From Fibrobacteria bacterium (GTDB lineage: Bacteria; Fibrobacterota; Fibrobacteria; UBA11236; JADFYW01), in NCBI GenBank assembly GCA_050294405.1, contig JBNKOC010000028.1, forward strand, positions 453,354-517,353: a stretch of DNA of 64,000 nucleotides, read 5' to 3'. The translations under genes and the position numbers were made by a program. Positions 39,739-49,675 of this stretch are shown in pieces (positions within the stretch are counted from its first letter, which is position 1; each line of letters starts with the position of its first letter). The notes under the pieces are model-generated. The model saw only the letters and a list, made by a program, of their open reading frames with translations, had not been told where the DNA came from and made no database searches.

Positions 39739-40980
39739 TTAAAACTTATGGCATTGGATACATAGTTCCATTTTTGGATCGAATGGTAAATAATCCGGAA
39801 AAGGGGCCCCATGTAATTGGTGGCAGCTCAGACAGTCCATGGTTTTTGAATTCCGGGGATCTACAATTCCGGCCCCTTGAGGGTGCGCGCTTTTGTGTGA
39901 ACCGTCGTGGCATCGTTTACACATATCCGTGCCGTTGATGTTAAAATAATTTTCATTATCAGAAAGATGGGAAGCGTGGCAATCGCTGCATTGGGTTTTG
40001 GGATGGGTTCCGTGGAATTCCCTTTTATTGCTGGCTACCTCTTGAAAGTGGCATTCCATACATATCTGATTGGGGGCTCTTTTTAACAAGCCTTCCGATG
40101 GGGCAACATGGGAGTTGTGGCAATCTTTGCACATTATGGATTGGATAAGATTGTGGCCGAATTCCTGGCCTCGCACCAGGCTGGAATCTTTGTGACAACT
40201 CAAACAATATTGGTTTTCCGGGGACAAAGTCTTTGCGGAATCTTTAAAAGTTTTTAATGTGTTGTGACAGGAAGCACAGGATTGCTTCACAAAAGGCTCA
40301 TGCTTGTTAGCATAAAGCAAGTTTTTGCTTGGCGAGGCATGGGCATCATGGCAATACAAACATTTTGTTTTTTCATCTAACATATTGTCATGAGACTTGG
40401 CCAGCTTTCCAGTTAATTTGTGGCAATCGTAGCACAATGCCGGGTCTTCCTTGACAAAAACTTTTCCGCTATCTGATATGCAGTGGCTGTGGCAAGTTTG
40501 GCAGTTGTTTTTTTTCAATGGATCGTGAAGTATGTTTTTTCCAGAAAACCACTCCTTCACATTTTGATGGCAGCTTCCGCAAAGTTCAGAAAATGGCTTT
40601 TTAATCAATTTAACAAAATCACCTCCATGATGTTCATGGCAGGCCATACAGTCTTGTTTTAAAATAGGAGAGCAATTGTTGTTATGCTCTTTTAATTTTT
40701 TAAAATCCTGATGGCAGCTAAGACAAAGCTCATTTGCGTCGTCTGTTAATAGTTTTTCTTGCCTGGAAGCATGAGGAGAATGGCATGCAGTACAGTTGTT
40801 TTCCTTATATAAGGGATGCACATTTTTCTTTTTTAAAACTTTTGGCAGTTCTTTGTGGCACTCAAAACAATTTTTGGAAATTGGTTTTACATTTTGCCCA
40901 TTAACCGTAAACGTTAATAGGAAGACTCCCCAAATTATTTTAATAATAAGCAGGCTATTTTTTATTTGAATTGGTTTCAT
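39739..40980 (-). CDS. Multiheme cytochrome c, 16 CxxCH
   Basis: 16 CxxCH by hand count, paired CxxCHxxH-(x~13)-CxxCH repeats; signal peptide after ATG 40980. Confidence 0.93.
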   Translation of the reverse strand: MKPIQIKNSLLIIKIIWGVFLLTFTVNGQNVKPISKNCFECHKELPKVLKKKNVHPLYKENNCTACHSPHASRQEKLLTDDANELCLSCHQDFKKLKEHNNNCSPILKQDCMACHEHHGGDFVKLIKKPFSELCGSCHQNVKEWFSGKNILHDPLKKNNCQTCHSHCISDSGKVFVKEDPALCYDCHKLTGKLAKSHDNMLDEKTKCLYCHDAHASPSKNLLYANKHEPFVKQSCASCHNTLKTFKDSAKTLSPENQYCLSCHKDSSLVRGQEFGHNLIQSIMCKDCHNSHVAPSEGLLKRAPNQICMECHFQEVASNKREFHGTHPKTQCSDCHASHLSDNENYFNINGTDMCKRCHDGSHKSAHPQGAGIVDPRNSKTMDCLSCHQLHGAPFPDYLPFDPKMELCIQCHKF

Positions 40981-42922
40981 GGCAGGCCATACAATTTCTT
41001 TTGGAAAAAGGTTCGTGTTGGGTTTTGTGTAGCATTCCGTTTTCATTTGAGCTATGGGATTCGTGGCATTCAATACAATTCAAATCTTCCATAGGCTGAT
41101 TCAAATGTTTGGTTTTGAAACCTTCTGGATTATCTCTTTTAATGTGGCACTTTACGCACAGTTCTTTGATGCCTGCAGTTGCCAGGTTTTTAAATTCAGA
41201 AATGTGCGGCTTGTGGCAATCCGAACAGTTTCCTTCGTTAAAAGGCTTATGTGTTTTACCCCCATCTAATTGAGCTCGGGTTTTGGTGTGGCAGGATAAA
41301 CACAACTCTTTTTCATTGTCCCACAATAGGCCCTTGTTTTTGGATTGGTGGGCTTGATGGCAAGAACGACAATTTCCATTAGAAAAGGGCTCGTGTTCTG
41401 ACTTTGCTGTTATGCTTTCCGGATTTAGCTCATGGCAATTTGAGCAAAGTTGTTTTTCTTCAGCCAACATAAGCGGAGGGAAGGCTGAAGCATGTATGCT
41501 ATGACATGAATCGCATTTTTGCTCTTTGAAAGGTTGGTGTTGAAAAGTAAGTTGGCTGGATTTAAAATAGGACTCGTGGCATTGGGTGCATAACTTTTTG
41601 GGTTCGTCTTTTAGTAAATTTTGAAGTCCGCTTCCGTGGGAATTGTGGCAATCGCTACAACTCCCTTCTAATATGGGTTTGTGAAGCGACTTTTGGCTTA
41701 GCCAGATTTTGACATCTTTATGACAACTCTGGCACAAAATAGTTTCCCTTTCAATTAATAGTTTTTTGTGTTTGGACCCGTGTGGTGTGTGGCAGCTGGT
41801 ACAGGATTGCTGCAATAAATCTTTATGTGCCTTTGAATCGTTCAATTTTTTAGCTTCTTTCTCATGGCATTGTATACATTGATTTTTTTCGGTTATAAGC
41901 ATGGCAGTGGATTTTTTTCCATGGGCTTGATGGCATTCCAAACAGCTTTTTTGAGCAGGGAGATGCCTGGAACTCGACATTAATTCCATTTTAGTGTTTT
42001 CATGGCATTTGAGACATAGATCAGGGGTGTTTGTTTTTAATAATTGTGGAAATTTTGAAGCATGGACGCTATGGCAATCCGTACACTTGTTTTCTGAAAC
42101 AGGACTATGCAGGGAATCTGGATTCTTGGAAGCCTCATGGCAATTTGTGCATGATAAATTGGGGTTGTCCTTTAATGTTTGTTCCAGTTTCCCGTTATCA
42201 TGACAAGATTTACAATCCTGTTTTAAAATGGGATCATGCACTGATTCATTGAGTAAGGCTTTTTTATTGGAGGAGTGAGGGTTATGGCATTCCAGACAGT
42301 CTGCTTCGGTCATTTTAAGGTTATTGTGCTTGCCTTTAAATTCTTTTTTATTTTCTTCGTGGCAAGATAAACATAATTTCCCATTGCCCTTTTTTAGAAA
42401 TTTCCCGTTTTCAGATCCATGAACATCATGGCAGGAAATACAACCTTTTTTTGCCAAAGGTTCATGGACAAATTTTTTTGTGTAATTTTCTGCCTTGTGG
42501 CAGGTATAACACAGCTCTTTTTCCTCGTTTTTTAATAAATTTGGCCACTCGCTGCTATGTTCATCATGGCATAACATACAATTGTCTTTTTCCGCTTCAT
42601 TGTGGATAAATGGCTTGTTGTACCCTATTTCTTCGGTTTTATGGCAATCGTAACAAAGTTTTTGCTTGTTAGTTTTAAGCCGTAGCACCCCAATTTTACC
42701 GTGGGGCTTGTGGCATTCAAGGCATTCTTCTTTTTTAAAAGGTTTATGCTTAACTTTGCCAGGAAATTTTTCGGCTTTATGGCACTCCATGCATTCGCCT
42801 TCCTTATCGAAACGAATTCCCTTTTTAAGTTGGCCGATTCCACTTTGGGGAAAAGCTAAAAGGAGCGCCATAATAAACGCGATAAAATATTGAGCTTTCA
42901 TATGAGGATGGATTTTAATCAT
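40955..42922 (-). CDS. Multiheme cytochrome c, 26 CxxCH
   Basis: 26 CxxCH by hand count in paired repeats; signal peptide. Confidence 0.95.
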   Translation of the reverse strand: MIKIHPHMKAQYFIAFIMALLLAFPQSGIGQLKKGIRFDKEGECMECHKAEKFPGKVKHKPFKKEECLECHKPHGKIGVLRLKTNKQKLCYDCHKTEEIGYNKPFIHNEAEKDNCMLCHDEHSSEWPNLLKNEEKELCYTCHKAENYTKKFVHEPLAKKGCISCHDVHGSENGKFLKKGNGKLCLSCHEENKKEFKGKHNNLKMTEADCLECHNPHSSNKKALLNESVHDPILKQDCKSCHDNGKLEQTLKDNPNLSCTNCHEASKNPDSLHSPVSENKCTDCHSVHASKFPQLLKTNTPDLCLKCHENTKMELMSSSRHLPAQKSCLECHQAHGKKSTAMLITEKNQCIQCHEKEAKKLNDSKAHKDLLQQSCTSCHTPHGSKHKKLLIERETILCQSCHKDVKIWLSQKSLHKPILEGSCSDCHNSHGSGLQNLLKDEPKKLCTQCHESYFKSSQLTFQHQPFKEQKCDSCHSIHASAFPPLMLAEEKQLCSNCHELNPESITAKSEHEPFSNGNCRSCHQAHQSKNKGLLWDNEKELCLSCHTKTRAQLDGGKTHKPFNEGNCSDCHKPHISEFKNLATAGIKELCVKCHIKRDNPEGFKTKHLNQPMEDLNCIECHESHSSNENGMLHKTQHEPFSKRNCMACHETNSNKK

Positions 42923-44576
42923 GTTTTTCAGCTAAATAATTTTTAATGTTTTTTTCGTGCCTTTGAATTTTAAAATTTTTCTTTAATATGGATAGGACTT
43001 TGGTCAAATTTTCATCAAATTTTTTTCTAAAAAATATTTCCCGCAACTCTAATTGAACTTGGTCAAAAGGCTTTAGTTCCCCTTGTTTTTCGTTGAGTTT
43101 TTCAAAAAGTATCCAGCCCTTTGCAAGTTGAAGGGGGCCTACTATTTCAGATTTTTTTGCCTTTATTAGTTTTGCTTTTACACTGTCTGGAAAGGAGGCA
43201 AGCGACACCCATTTTGGAATTAAATCACCGGGAGTTACATCTGGCTTATTCTTAAGTATATAATTAAAGTTAGCCCCTTTTTGCAGACGTTTATAATAGT
43301 TGGAAATGGAGTCTTTTGTGGTGGTTTGAAGTTCCAGTATCAAAACCTCGGGGTCCTTTCGAAATTCATCTGGATTCTCTTTATAATATCTTTCGAATTC
43401 CTCTTGGTTAAATGTTATATGATCCACAACCATATCTTTTAAATAAGCTTCTATAAGCAAGCTGTCCCTGGACTGATTGTATTTGCTTACTACAGTTGGA
43501 TCTTTAAAAAAACCGTTTTTTTCGGAGGCTATAGATAGCAGCAGTTCTGCCTTTAAGCCTTTTAGGGCATTGGTTACCAGCTCTTGAAAGGGCTGGCCTG
43601 AATTTGACATAATCTGCCTTGAAATATTAAAGCGGAATTTTCTATCACTTATGTACATATCCTTATTGTGCTCAATGACCGGATTGTCAGTCGCATTTAA
43701 GAATTTGTTGGTAGAGGCTATACTTGAATCGTTTAAAATTGATTTTAACGCTTTATTGTTAACTTTTACAGGATACTTTTTTGCCAGCCCATCAATATAT
43801 GCATCCCATGTGGATTGCTTTTTAAGATCCGCTAAATATTTTTCAATTCCGGGTTTATATTTAGAAAACTCTTTCATATTAGCTGGTTGTTTATCCAATA
43901 TTCGCATTACCATGTAAACATCTTTGTACTTAAAAATTTTTGCGAATTCCTTTTTTTTCAATAAGACAGCTCGATTCCTAAAAACGGTATCAATATCTGC
44001 ATACTTTTTTAATTTATGCAGTCCGCCTTCAAATTTTCTTGAGTCCAATGACACATCCTTCGCTATGGAATCCATTGGCGAGCCTGATTTGATTTTTTTC
44101 ATGATATTTTCCGCTTCAATGGAATCTAATATGGCAACAGTTTGGATTTGTATTTTCTGATAAAATTTCTTGTAGTACTCTTCTACATCTTTTTTATCGG
44201 CCTTTGGCACCGGGGGAGGGTTCTTTTTTAGGTACTCCTGAATACCAAGCTTAATTTGAACTTCATCAAGCTCTTTCTTTATCCAATCTTCATTAGTCAA
44301 ACCCATGGATTGGGCTTCAAGCACAATAAGTCTGTCGTTAATAAGTTTATTTATGATTTTTTCTTTATTGGCCTTAACATCTTTCGACTTGCTGACCATT
44401 TTATGATGCTTGAATATATACTTATTAGCATCTTCAGTCGTGATTTTCGACTTGTTGATGGTAACCAAGGTTGTATTTGTGGATGTGTAGGCTATGTTTA
44501 TCCCCGCAATAATCCAAAATAGAGCAACTATGCCATTTGCTTTATTTATCAAAATTAATGTTTTAGTTATTTTCAT
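42915..44576 (-). CDS. SurA/PpiC-type peptidyl-prolyl isomerase/chaperone with two rotamase-like units
   Basis: IAKDVSLDSRKFEGG, FERYYKENPDEF, IVGPLQLAKGW, KPFDQVQLEL. Confidence 0.75.
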   Translation of the reverse strand: MKITKTLILINKANGIVALFWIIAGINIAYTSTNTTLVTINKSKITTEDANKYIFKHHKMVSKSKDVKANKEKIINKLINDRLIVLEAQSMGLTNEDWIKKELDEVQIKLGIQEYLKKNPPPVPKADKKDVEEYYKKFYQKIQIQTVAILDSIEAENIMKKIKSGSPMDSIAKDVSLDSRKFEGGLHKLKKYADIDTVFRNRAVLLKKKEFAKIFKYKDVYMVMRILDKQPANMKEFSKYKPGIEKYLADLKKQSTWDAYIDGLAKKYPVKVNNKALKSILNDSSIASTNKFLNATDNPVIEHNKDMYISDRKFRFNISRQIMSNSGQPFQELVTNALKGLKAELLLSIASEKNGFFKDPTVVSKYNQSRDSLLIEAYLKDMVVDHITFNQEEFERYYKENPDEFRKDPEVLILELQTTTKDSISNYYKRLQKGANFNYILKNKPDVTPGDLIPKWVSLASFPDSVKAKLIKAKKSEIVGPLQLAKGWILFEKLNEKQGELKPFDQVQLELREIFFRKKFDENLTKVLSILKKNFKIQRHEKNIKNYLAEKHD

Positions 44577-44579
44577 ACT

Positions 44580-45611
44580 TTACCCTCTCATTACTAATTG
44601 CTTTTTAATCTTATCGATTAAATTCTGTTCAAATATTTTATTTATTAATCTTCCAATAGAAATTTCTTTTCCTATTTGGAAGAAGTGGAAAGCGTCTTCT
44701 GCAGATTCGTAAATATGCCATATGCCATCTATTTTCGCGGTTTTGCAATTTAGCAATTTAATGGTTAATTCGATTTTCGGATTGAGGTAATTGAAATTGT
44801 TTCCCCCATATTCCATAACGTCAATTGTTCCGGTTATAACATAGTCCAGATTCATAAATTGATGGAGTTCTTTTAATGTTGTTAAGTCAATTTCTCCAAT
44901 GGGGCTTTGTTGGTTAAGGTTAAAAAAATATTGCAAAGCTCCTGGTTCCAATGTGACGATAGATTGCTTCATTAAATTGCTAATTAATATGTCCTCCACA
45001 AGTTGGTTGGAGGTTTTATGGGACGTTAAGTTGTCGAAAGCCACGAGGCTCATTTTTAAGTCCTTGCTGGCATTTTCTTTGTCTTTAAGTTTTAAAGGAA
45101 ATTGAGAGAATAATTCGGCGACAGCTTTGTGGGCAAGCTTCTCTATGTTCTTTATAGACCCCATTTCAAAAAACCATCCCCCATCTTTTCCGGAAAGTGA
45201 AACTGTATTGGCCCAATAAATTTCCATGTTTTCAATTTTTACTATTCTAAAGGAGATGGAAATTTCCGGAACGCCTTTTGATTCGTAAACGTCAATACTC
45301 GATACTCCAATCCATTTTAACTTGAAATCAGATGAAAGGAATTTTGAGGAAAATTTCATCATTTGCCCCAGGTTTCGAATGCGGTATTTTCGCAAAACAT
45401 CCCTGAGTTTTGTGGAGGGTACTACCTCGTATCCTGAGTTAATTAACGACTCTTCAATTTTCTTTTCCAGAAAATCAGAGGCTGTAATATTCCCCGAATT
45501 ATTTAATATGGGCAATAAGGCTATTTTATTGTTAAGCCCCGTTTTTTCTAAACCCTTAGCATAGCTTGAGCAAAGGAATACGATTATGAATAAATTTAAA
45601 AGTTTGAACAT
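44580..45611 (-). CDS. Exported protein with two CsgG/DUF799-like alpha/beta domains
   Basis: Tandem IALLPILNNS and LVAFDNLT domains, each followed by a GTID/ELTIKL-type pattern. Confidence 0.55.
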   Translation of the reverse strand: MFKLLNLFIIVFLCSSYAKGLEKTGLNNKIALLPILNNSGNITASDFLEKKIEESLINSGYEVVPSTKLRDVLRKYRIRNLGQMMKFSSKFLSSDFKLKWIGVSSIDVYESKGVPEISISFRIVKIENMEIYWANTVSLSGKDGGWFFEMGSIKNIEKLAHKAVAELFSQFPLKLKDKENASKDLKMSLVAFDNLTSHKTSNQLVEDILISNLMKQSIVTLEPGALQYFFNLNQQSPIGEIDLTTLKELHQFMNLDYVITGTIDVMEYGGNNFNYLNPKIELTIKLLNCKTAKIDGIWHIYESAEDAFHFFQIGKEISIGRLINKIFEQNLIDKIKKQLVMRG

Positions 45612-45612
45612 A

Positions 45613-46200
45613 TTACTGGATTAAGGTTTCGATTATTTTTTTTACACATTTTCTAGTAGTAAAAGTTTTTGGTGGAGAGTCGAATCCAAAAATAGATTGA
45701 ATTAGTGACACCCCTCCTTCCGTTTGAGTTGCCGCCCATACGGTTGTTCCCTTTTTTGTCTCTACAAGTCTTGCTACCAGGGTGACTACAGTGCTGGTGG
45801 AACTTCCAAATCGCTCGGTTGAAGATTCGTTTACAGAACCTAATATAAGGCCTTGCACTTTTAGAGCTGTTCCGATTTCAACTATTTGTCCTTGGGTTAA
45901 ATCGCCAGCTCTTACCATGGCATATTTTTCTAAAACTTTGGCGACTTCGCCTGGTTCAATAACATCCACTGCTTTTTTGGATAAAAGCTCTGTTAATAAT
46001 AGTCTTGTGACTCTAAGGGCCGCGCCTTGATCCGAAGACAAATTTTCAAAGGGAATTAAGGCGATTTTTTCAACGGCCCCAAAATCAAAATCCGAATGCA
46101 AAAACACTGTGGATTTAACTCCGGCACAACCCATTAAAATTGTGCCAAGGATGATAATTTTAGTTATTAGTCTAATTGGAAATGGATTATTTGTAATCAT
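45613..46200 (-). CDS. CsgG/DUF799-like lipoprotein
   Basis: Lipobox LMGC; KIALIPFENLS...VQGLILGSV...ARLVETKKGTTVW. Confidence 0.7.
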   Translation of the reverse strand: MITNNPFPIRLITKIIILGTILMGCAGVKSTVFLHSDFDFGAVEKIALIPFENLSSDQGAALRVTRLLLTELLSKKAVDVIEPGEVAKVLEKYAMVRAGDLTQGQIVEIGTALKVQGLILGSVNESSTERFGSSTSTVVTLVARLVETKKGTTVWAATQTEGGVSLIQSIFGFDSPPKTFTTRKCVKKIIETLIQ

Positions 46201-46201
46201 A

Positions 46202-48325
46202 TCAAATCCCCATTCTAAAGCCCACCTGGTAGGAGTAGCTTTCTGTAGAGAGGTTTAAGTTGGATGAATTAAAGGAATCTGAACTGTATAGATCATAACG
46301 GCAGAATAAGTTCCCTTTTTTGAAAACACGCAAGTTGGAATAAAAATTATATCGAATGGACTCGAATTGTTTTTCGTGATAAAAATTCGTAACCTGTACT
46401 CCTAAATTTAATTTTGGCATAATAGCCCAATTCCCATTGGCAAATTGTGAAAAGTTAACTCCGTTTTCATTTTGAATAATATGCCTGGTGCTAATAAATA
46501 TTTTATTGGTAATTCTCCAGTTCCCATTGAAATTCAGAGTATTCCTCTGGTTTGTCTTTCCTGTTTTGGTATCTCGGGAAAATTTGTAGCCGTAAGAAAT
46601 GTATCCATTGATTTTTTTTGTGGCATTTCCATTTAAAGAAATCTGATAATTCCAATTTTCATTTTCCAGGTTGTACAATTCCTGGGTAACAATGCTATAA
46701 CCGAATTCTGTGGCAAAATTCAGAATGTGCAACAGCTTCCCACGAAACTGAAAAATGGCATTTTTATTATTCTGAACCAGGGAGCCATCTATTTCACTCC
46801 ACTGGCTGGTTAATCCAAAAGATGCCGTCGCTTCGTGAGATATGGCATATCGAGTGCCAAAGTTGACTAATCGGTTGTCTGTGGTATTTTCAATGTAGCC
46901 AAAATTTTGATGTTCGCTCTGGAATCGGATTGAATTTGAGATCTTATCTGTCATTTGTTGTTTTAAGGTTAAGGTAAAGTAAACATCATTTTTTTTTTTT
47001 GAGATATAATCAGAAATCGGCTCGTTTTGAAAGACCACATCGAAGTTGGTTTCATATTGTTTATTAATTTGGAAGGTGTTATTAATACTGATTGTTTGAG
47101 ATGAAGAAGTTTGCTTGGTATCGCTTTTACCGCTGTTACTTCTAAAAACCTCAAGTTCGGTAATGTATATAGCTCCTGTGTCAGGATTACTTATATTAAC
47201 CAATTTGAAAAATCGGCCCTCAATTCTATCAAACTGAATCACAATTCGAAACAAATCAGGGTCATAACTGGCTGGCTGAGTCTCTGGAATTTTTTCCCAG
47301 ACCATTTCGTCATTAAAAAATAAATCTTCACTATAATAGGCTTCCCATACTCCCACAGAAAATGGAATGCTGTCTGAATAGACAAATATTCCGTCTACAA
47401 GCTCTTCTTGAACTAATTCCACAGCGTAGTTTGTGAATCTGGAATTAAGTCCAATGTACGCATTATCAGAAGTTGCTGATTGAATATTTCCATCAATTAA
47501 TGCTGGCAGTGAATCCATTTCCCCCTGGCTAGGGGAAAAATCCACCGAAAAATAAGCGGTTCTTACCTGAAGCTTAAACTGAGAGTCAAGAGTATCTGGT
47601 AGGGTATATTCCGAGGAAGAAATGTTTAGCATGTAATTTGTATTGACTCGATACCGGTTGTCAAAGAACTGGTAACGGTTATTTAGTATAAAGCGATTGG
47701 AACTGTTCAGGTGTTCCACGTCAGCGTTCCGGTTTACAAAAGTATTGGAATTATAGTTGTAAAATGCGCTCGTATTATAAAAATTATATGATAAATCAGC
47801 ATTTTTTCTCTCTTCAAAGTTGTTGCGAATGTTAATGTCTTTGGGAGTGAAGTTTTGGCCAACATTATAGCGAAGCCCCAATGCTGGCAAATTATATTTA
47901 TCCACATTTGACTTAAAATATATGCCCCCATCGTCTCTCACAAAATCGGCAACAGAACCGTTATTTTCTAAAATACGGCGTTGCCCAAATCCCCCAAAGG
48001 AAAACCAAGGACTGTTTAATGTCAATTCACCCACAGGTTGAAAGCTATTTATAGAATTGAAGATGGAATCTGTTTGTGTTGTTAAGCGGGTGTACCTAAA
48101 AGAAGTTCTTCCAACCAAGTATGGGAAAAAATATTTTTGGGCAAATACATTGTAAATTTGGTTAAAGGAAATTTGCTCTGTGCCATCCCTTACAGAATTA
48201 CCGTAATTAAGTTCGGCGTTGGCGTTGTAGCTATTTGTAGATGACATAGAATTTTGAACAATTACGCAAATAGAAATTGAAATAATCCAGGTTAGTTTTA
48301 TTATTTTATAATTGTTATATAACAT
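46202..48325 (-). CDS. Large outer-membrane beta-barrel protein with an inserted discoidin-like domain
   Basis: Asn/Tyr/Phe-rich alternating strands; central ALIDGN...WEAYYSED...W...RFFKLV...ITELEVF; C-terminal YSYQVGFRMGI. Confidence 0.6.
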   Translation of the reverse strand: MLYNNYKIIKLTWIISISICVIVQNSMSSTNSYNANAELNYGNSVRDGTEQISFNQIYNVFAQKYFFPYLVGRTSFRYTRLTTQTDSIFNSINSFQPVGELTLNSPWFSFGGFGQRRILENNGSVADFVRDDGGIYFKSNVDKYNLPALGLRYNVGQNFTPKDINIRNNFEERKNADLSYNFYNTSAFYNYNSNTFVNRNADVEHLNSSNRFILNNRYQFFDNRYRVNTNYMLNISSSEYTLPDTLDSQFKLQVRTAYFSVDFSPSQGEMDSLPALIDGNIQSATSDNAYIGLNSRFTNYAVELVQEELVDGIFVYSDSIPFSVGVWEAYYSEDLFFNDEMVWEKIPETQPASYDPDLFRIVIQFDRIEGRFFKLVNISNPDTGAIYITELEVFRSNSGKSDTKQTSSSQTISINNTFQINKQYETNFDVVFQNEPISDYISKKKNDVYFTLTLKQQMTDKISNSIRFQSEHQNFGYIENTTDNRLVNFGTRYAISHEATASFGLTSQWSEIDGSLVQNNKNAIFQFRGKLLHILNFATEFGYSIVTQELYNLENENWNYQISLNGNATKKINGYISYGYKFSRDTKTGKTNQRNTLNFNGNWRITNKIFISTRHIIQNENGVNFSQFANGNWAIMPKLNLGVQVTNFYHEKQFESIRYNFYSNLRVFKKGNLFCRYDLYSSDSFNSSNLNLSTESYSYQVGFRMGI

Positions 48326-49675
48326 TTATTCAATGAAAATTAGTTCGCCGGGTATATTTCCGGATTCCATTTTACTCTCTACTTTTAGGTTATTGCTATT
48401 TATAATTTCAATGATGCTAGAATTGTTCATTAAAGCATATATGTATTGGTTGTCCGGGCTTATGGCTATAAATTTAGGAGAACCTGATACTCGGATAGAT
48501 CCGGTTTCATTTTGGTTTTCCCATTTAAAAAAGGATATCTGATTGCAGAGTGGGATGGATAAAAGTGTGGAACGGCCTGGTTTTTCAAATTCTATATGAG
48601 TGGCATATTCACATAAAGAAGATTTTCTGATTATGTTTTTTGAAACCGCATTTAGAAAAACTACTTGCCTGCTGGTTTCTAGGCTGAGAACAATTTCATT
48701 TTCGAGATTGTTAAATTTAATATTTTGAATAAAACTCCCTGTATTAATGCGGCCAAGCAGCTGGTGAGAAAGAGTATTGAATACATGTAAATAATTGGAT
48801 TCTCCCGCTACATAAAGCTCAGATAAGTCTGCTGAGATCTCCAAATCCTTTGGCCTAAAATCCAATTGAATCCTATCGGACTCCTGTTCTGCTTCAGTAT
48901 CAATTATGGATATGCTGTTTGACTCAGAATTTAACACATACAATAAATTTAAAATAGGGTTTAATGCCATTTTAGTTGGTCCATCTCCAAATCTTAATGG
49001 CAAATCGGTTTTCACATCAAAAGCCGGAGTTTTAAGAATGGATAAGCTGTTGCTGCCTTTGTTAGCAACATAGAATTTGTTTTGTAGCTGGTTGTAGGCA
49101 AGTCCGGTTGGATGTAAACCAGTGGAAATTATCTTTTTTATTTTATTTGTATTTCTGTTAAAAATGGATATGTAGTGTAGTTTTGGAACAGAATACACTC
49201 CCATGGCGTTTTGATATGAAAATGGATTTTCTAAAAGAACAATGGAAGGTTGGTAGCTATGTTCAAAAAGAGAGTCATCCACAATTTTCCACTTTAAACA
49301 AAGAACTTCATCGGTTTGCCCTGTTATGGGGGATTCTAACAGAAAACTAAAATTGGGGTTTTTAATTTTGGGTTCTATTTCTGCCGAACCCGCATAGGTT
49401 TTAATTTTATTTAAATTTATACCCAGTCTATTGTATGTTCCTTTTTTGATATGGCCCCTGGCAATAAACTGCTGGGGAAATTGGACTTTAATATTCGTAA
49501 GGCTGGGTTTTTCCAGCTTTAACTTTAAACTGTCCTGTTCGCGATATAAGTAAATATCAGAGAATTGAAGCGTTATCGTCTTATCAATATTCGATTCTAT
49601 TTCAAAGTAGACTAAAACGTTAGAAGCGACTCCCAAGTTGAAAAACAAAAGCAATGTTATTTGAAATTTAGTCAT
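48326..49675 (-). CDS. YncE/YVTN-type beta-propeller protein
   Basis: Repeats PTGLAY...YVANKGSNSLSIL and PTKMAL...YVLNSESNSISIID. Confidence 0.8.
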   Translation of the reverse strand: MTKFQITLLLFFNLGVASNVLVYFEIESNIDKTITLQFSDIYLYREQDSLKLKLEKPSLTNIKVQFPQQFIARGHIKKGTYNRLGINLNKIKTYAGSAEIEPKIKNPNFSFLLESPITGQTDEVLCLKWKIVDDSLFEHSYQPSIVLLENPFSYQNAMGVYSVPKLHYISIFNRNTNKIKKIISTGLHPTGLAYNQLQNKFYVANKGSNSLSILKTPAFDVKTDLPLRFGDGPTKMALNPILNLLYVLNSESNSISIIDTEAEQESDRIQLDFRPKDLEISADLSELYVAGESNYLHVFNTLSHQLLGRINTGSFIQNIKFNNLENEIVLSLETSRQVVFLNAVSKNIIRKSSLCEYATHIEFEKPGRSTLLSIPLCNQISFFKWENQNETGSIRVSGSPKFIAISPDNQYIYALMNNSSIIEIINSNNLKVESKMESGNIPGELIFIE

